Sequence record: SRR31156797_2365
Length of the DNA: 64,000 nt
Strand: one strand, 5' to 3'
Shown: positions 60,194 to 64,000 of the stretch, in pieces
How positions within the stretch are numbered: the stretch's first letter is position 1
How the letters are laid out: each line of letters begins with the position of its first letter
The notes under the pieces: model-generated
Told to the model about the DNA's origin: nothing
The model's input: only the letters and a program-made list of their open reading frames with translations
Database searches by the model: none
Made by a program: the position numbers and the translations under genes

Positions 60194-60421
60194 TCATCCC
60201 GAAATATCGTGTACATTAATATCTTTCACAAACGAGTGTGCAATAACCGATACTGACTGTCCCGCGATTGTGGGAGATTTAGGAACTACAGCAAAATGAT
60301 ACGACAATGACACCATCAAACCGGTTGAAATCAAAAATATTATTGAAAATGCAAGTTTGTAATTTGTTCTTCTTTGGAATAATTTTGTTTCATGTTTCCG
60401 GAGTTCGTGCATATACTTCAT
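60194..60421 (-). CDS. Small single-TM hypothetical protein
   Basis: 75-aa ORF with one hydrophobic helix in an AT-rich patch. Confidence 0.35.
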   Translation of the reverse strand: MKYMHELRKHETKLFQRRTNYKLAFSIIFLISTGLMVSLSYHFAVVPKSPTIAGQSVSVIAHSFVKDINVHDISG

Positions 60422-60722
60422 TTTTTCCGATTGTGTTTTTAATTTTTCAAAAAAAAATAGGATTCAGTGGGCTATAAAACCTCATATTTTATGCTTATCT
60501 CATTATCGAATAACCCAGGAAAAGAGAAAACCGGAACCACATAAAGAATCGCAATAACGGCCATAAAAAGTGTAATTTTCAATTTATTCTCTCATTGATT
60601 TGTTAAAATTTCAAGGTCTGATTCTGATCTTTGGACAACGCCGCGACAGATCAAAAACACACAGGATCTGGCTCCAAAAATGACTTTACATAAGATGCGC
60701 AGGCTATTATTGTTATAAATCG

Positions 60723-61217
60723 CTAAAGTTCATCCAAGATGATATTAATTCCTGTAATATCAGATTCATCATCAATTGTCCTTGTGGAAATTTTTATGGT
60801 TCCTATCCCATTTTCAAACCTGCATTTATATTGAAATTCAAACCAATCCGCGTTGTCCCCGTATCCTTCATAAATGTAGTGAGAATAGGCATATGTTTGT
60901 ATTTTCCCGGTAGCCGATCTGAGTTTGACAAATTCATTTTTTACATTTTCTATGCTGATTTGTGCTTTGGCATATTCTCCAAACACATCGTACATCGCAC
61001 TCCAATCAGATTTGTTGAAGTTCATTTTAAGTTGATAAGCAACATCATTGAGCCGATCGCGAGTCAGGTCGGCAGGTAACTCTTTTTTTAACGCTGTATC
61101 GTTTTCTGAAGATTTGAGAAAATCCAAACCGTTAATGTAAGGTAGCAACAAATTGGTTGTTACAATTACAAGGATGATCACCAACAGTATTTCGATTCTT
61201 AAGATTCTTTTTTCCAT
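60723..61217 (-). CDS. Hypothetical protein with N-terminal membrane anchor
   Basis: 164-aa ORF. No family confidently recognised. Confidence 0.65.
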   Translation of the reverse strand: MEKRILRIEILLVIILVIVTTNLLLPYINGLDFLKSSENDTALKKELPADLTRDRLNDVAYQLKMNFNKSDWSAMYDVFGEYAKAQISIENVKNEFVKLRSATGKIQTYAYSHYIYEGYGDNADWFEFQYKCRFENGIGTIKISTRTIDDESDITGINIILDEL

Positions 61218-61330
61218 TTAAATCGCAGTAAATATTAACACCAAATACATTTGAAATCAGTCTGAATTTTAGAAAATACAATTGCATGTGGATCAACCTA
61301 ATTTTCTTAGTACGTCAATTCCGGAAAAAT

Positions 61331-62425
61331 CTAATGAACCACAAGCTTTTGGGTAATCACCTTTCCGGAACTGTTCAACCGAACAAAATAAATTCCACCC
61401 TGAAGTTTAGCCACAACCCGATCCAGACTGATATTTGATGTCCCTGCCGACAATTCGCCTGCGTACAGTCTGGAAACTTCTACCCCAGTCAGGTCGAAAA
61501 TAGACAAAGTAACAAACCCGGGATCATCCCTGTTAATCCGGATTTGACCAGTATTTACAACCGGGTTGGGAACAATCTCCATCGAAAAGTCTTGTTCAAA
61601 ATTTTCCGGGACTGCTGTGGGCGGGTTGTTTATGGAATCAACCCAGGCCACGGTAAGCAGCGGCCCTTCTTCGGTGACATGTAAAAGTGGTTGAACAAAA
61701 TCAGGCGACAACCACTTGTACTCGATATAATTTCGATCGAGTGCCTGCCCAAAATTAACCGAGTCGATATAAATACTGTCTTTCTCAGTTACAGAAGACT
61801 TCATGCGGAGCACCTCATAGGTGCCCAACGAAGTTTTGAGTGTTCCCCAGCCGTCAACTTCATTAATCCGTTGCCTGTCAATACTTATATACCCGATATC
61901 CGGAATTTCAAATTCCACGCCTGAATAGCTGGTGTTGGAATTTCCATATTCAACCGGAAAATTATAAATCACATCCGGATCATCAAATTTGAGTGGCAAG
62001 GGAATATCAGAAACAGTTACTGCAAAACCCACATCATTAAAAGATGAGCTGGTATTTTTAAAAAACTGGTATGGGTCTGAAATCGGTAAACCCAATGTAT
62101 CAATCTCCGGATACTTTTGTGCCAGATTAGCCACGAAGCCGGGAATAAAAACCAACTGGTATAAAAATGGAACCGAGGTAACGCTTGCAAATGTATCTAC
62201 TGACTGAAACAGGGGCGTCATGGATGAAAAATCCCAACTGTAGTCTTCACCCGTGAGTGTATAATCAATCCCTTCGGTACTCAATGCATTGCTAAACCTG
62301 ATGGTATCGCCAGGAGAGGGCATATCATCACTGGTAATACTTACCTGGGCAAATGCAGTAAAATGCAGTAAAATAAATGTGGTTGCAACAACGGCAATAA
62401 CGTTTGGAAAGGGTCTGTTAATCAT
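61331..62425 (-). CDS. T9SS-secreted protein (type A CTD)
   Basis: Signal peptide, WDFS and VDGWGTL.T..G motifs, C-terminal IVPNPV...GIYFVRL...QKLVV. Confidence 0.85.
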   Translation of the reverse strand: MINRPFPNVIAVVATTFILLHFTAFAQVSITSDDMPSPGDTIRFSNALSTEGIDYTLTGEDYSWDFSSMTPLFQSVDTFASVTSVPFLYQLVFIPGFVANLAQKYPEIDTLGLPISDPYQFFKNTSSSFNDVGFAVTVSDIPLPLKFDDPDVIYNFPVEYGNSNTSYSGVEFEIPDIGYISIDRQRINEVDGWGTLKTSLGTYEVLRMKSSVTEKDSIYIDSVNFGQALDRNYIEYKWLSPDFVQPLLHVTEEGPLLTVAWVDSINNPPTAVPENFEQDFSMEIVPNPVVNTGQIRINRDDPGFVTLSIFDLTGVEVSRLYAGELSAGTSNISLDRVVAKLQGGIYFVRLNSSGKVITQKLVVH

Positions 62426-62569
62426 GATTGGGTAAGGATTTTCAGTTTAAAAATGAAATGCGAATTTACGGAAAACAAATCATAATTTTGCAAATTCCCG
62501 GTTATTAATACTTAAGCGGTATTTTATATGCTAATTTTCAGTTTATTAACCAGTTAATCAAAACAGCTT

Positions 62570-64000
62570 ATCGTAAAGAAGGTCTTTCATATTATTGTTT
62601 ATGTCCTGACATTGCTGATCTCTCTGCAGATTGTGACTGCTTTGTTGTTGCAAAACCCACAGGTACAAACACTTACATCAAAGCTGGCCGCAGGATTTTT
62701 AACAAGATCACTTGACATGCAGATAACGGTGGGAGAGATTCAGGTAAGGCTGCCGGGTACTTTTTACCTGAAAGAACTGGCAGCATTGGACAGGAGGCAA
62801 AACAAAATGATCCAAATTGATGAGCTTGATCTGTCAATCGGTGGGATTAACCGGTCCAGCCAAACAATAACAATCAGGAATTTCAGCCTGGAAGGAGTAG
62901 ATTTCCTGATCAGAAAATATACCGCAGATGAACCCGGGAATTTCCAGAAATTCCTCAACCATTTTGTTTCAGTAAACCGGGACACCCTGGTTGCCAATAA
63001 ACAAAGCCCTGTGTGGAACCTGACAATCCGGGATTTTTCCTTGCGAAATGCCCACTTTATTTACGAAAACAAACCTGAATCAGCACAGACGAAGGCGATC
63101 AATTTTCAGGATATAGAACTGCTTGACATGGACCTGCTGGCTTCTGATGTAAAAATCAGGGGAGATTCCATAAGTGCAAATTTTCAAAACCTGGCCTTTA
63201 TCGAAAAAAGCGGATTTGAGTTGAAGGAGTTTTCCGGGGCAGCAACGTTCAGTCCAACCGGCCTTATTGTAAACCAGTTGGTGATCACAACCAACAACTC
63301 AAATCTTGACCTGGACCTGGAATTCAAATATGAAAGCCTGGCAGCATTTTCCGATTTTATTACAGATGTAACGTTTAAAGGGGATTTCAGGCAAACAACG
63401 GTCGAGATGAGCGATATTGGCTACTTTGCTGAAACCATGTTCTCGATGACTGACCGGATAGAGATTGAAGGATTTTTCAGCGGAACGGTTGGTAATCTCG
63501 TTGGAAAAAATTTCAGTATTGGATATGGCAATCATACTCGTTTTGACGGATCGGTAAGGATGAATGGCTTGCCAAATATCACCGAAACGTTTATCCATGC
63601 CGATATCAAAAACCTGAAATCTCACCCTGATGATGTGGCCTCATTTGCTCTCCCTGGTGATGCACCGGCAATTGCAGTTCCCGAGCTGATCACAAAAATG
63701 GGCGTAGTTGAAATTAACGGGAAATTTACCGGCTTTTATAACGACTTTCTGGCCAATGCTGCTTTTAACAGCGAACTTGGTGAACTAAAAACCGATATTG
63801 TCCTGATTACTGATAAAAAGAATAATTTGCTTTCATATTCCGGCGACCTGGCTGCCTCGAACCTGGATGCAGGCAAATTGCTTTCATCTAACCCCCAATT
63901 GGGGAAAACCAGTTTTGTGCTCGAAGTTGATGGCAGCGGGGTAAGCCTGCAATCTCTTGATATCAGTGCCAATGGCATGATCCAATCACTATTTTTTAAT
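62570..64000 (+). CDS. tamB: TamB/AsmA-family translocation-assembly protein, 5' part (runs off window; absent from ORF track)
   Basis: Frame appears open from the stop at 62555-62557 to the window end. Signal anchor, then LQNPQVQT, NFQKFLNHF, EKSGF, GLPNITETF. Start codon uncertain. Confidence 0.75.
   Translation, partial: MVKKVFHIIVYVLTLLISLQIVTALLLQNPQVQTLTSKLAAGFLTRSLDMQITVGEIQVRLPGTFYLKELAALDRRQNKMIQIDELDLSIGGINRSSQTITIRNFSLEGVDFLIRKYTADEPGNFQKFLNHFVSVNRDTLVANKQSPVWNLTIRDFSLRNAHFIYENKPESAQTKAINFQDIELLDMDLLASDVKIRGDSISANFQNLAFIEKSGFELKEFSGAATFSPTGLIVNQLVITTNNSNLDLDLEFKYESLAAFSDFITDVTFKGDFRQTTVEMSDIGYFAETMFSMTDRIEIEGFFSGTVGNLVGKNFSIGYGNHTRFDGSVRMNGLPNITETFIHADIKNLKSHPDDVASFALPGDAPAIAVPELITKMGVVEINGKFTGFYNDFLANAAFNSELGELKTDIVLITDKKNNLLSYSGDLAASNLDAGKLLSSNPQLGKTSFVLEVDGSGVSLQSLDISANGMIQSLFFN

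Noticed and set aside
60474-60595. Signal-peptide-like minus-strand fragment (LKITLFMAVIAILYVVPVFS...) one base out of frame with an ATG
   Set aside because: Too short to support a pseudogene call without a homology search.

Overview
A 64 kb Bacteroidota chromosomal segment, probably from an anaerobic Bacteroidales-like organism. The phylum call rests on four T9SS C-terminal sorting domains, TAnnTTTG -7 promoter boxes and the ftsX-DUF3098-uppP-truB and yicC-gmk-nadD gene orders. Housekeeping genes (gdhA, truB, uppP, ftsX, yicC, gmk, nadD, tex, an AddA-like helicase-nuclease, tamB) and an RND pump surround a ~15.6 kb redox island (26.7-42.3 kb). The island has 22 heme-c motifs in five cytochromes. 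It encodes an ImcH-like 7-heme NapC/NirT protein, a CbcBA-like 7-heme c plus di-heme b pair, a Tat-exported NrfC-like Fe-S protein with an NrfD-like partner but no catalytic subunit, a DUF5777-like outer-membrane barrel flanked by monoheme cytochromes, and a hexaheme lipoprotein with a collagen-like linker. It also holds two Cys-type FNR paralogs with a perfect TTGAT-N4-ATCAA box and, at its edge, a T9SS-secreted DUF2271 protein with an intact flavinylation motif. I infer a candidate quinone-to-cell-surface extracellular electron transfer system in a Bacteroidota. Next to it is a TonB-dependent metal-uptake operon headed by a His-rich CxxC...RGPP leader ORF that resembles a ribosome-arrest uORF. 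I saw no rRNA, tRNA, CRISPR array or intact transposase. All family assignments are from motif recognition; no database searches were run.
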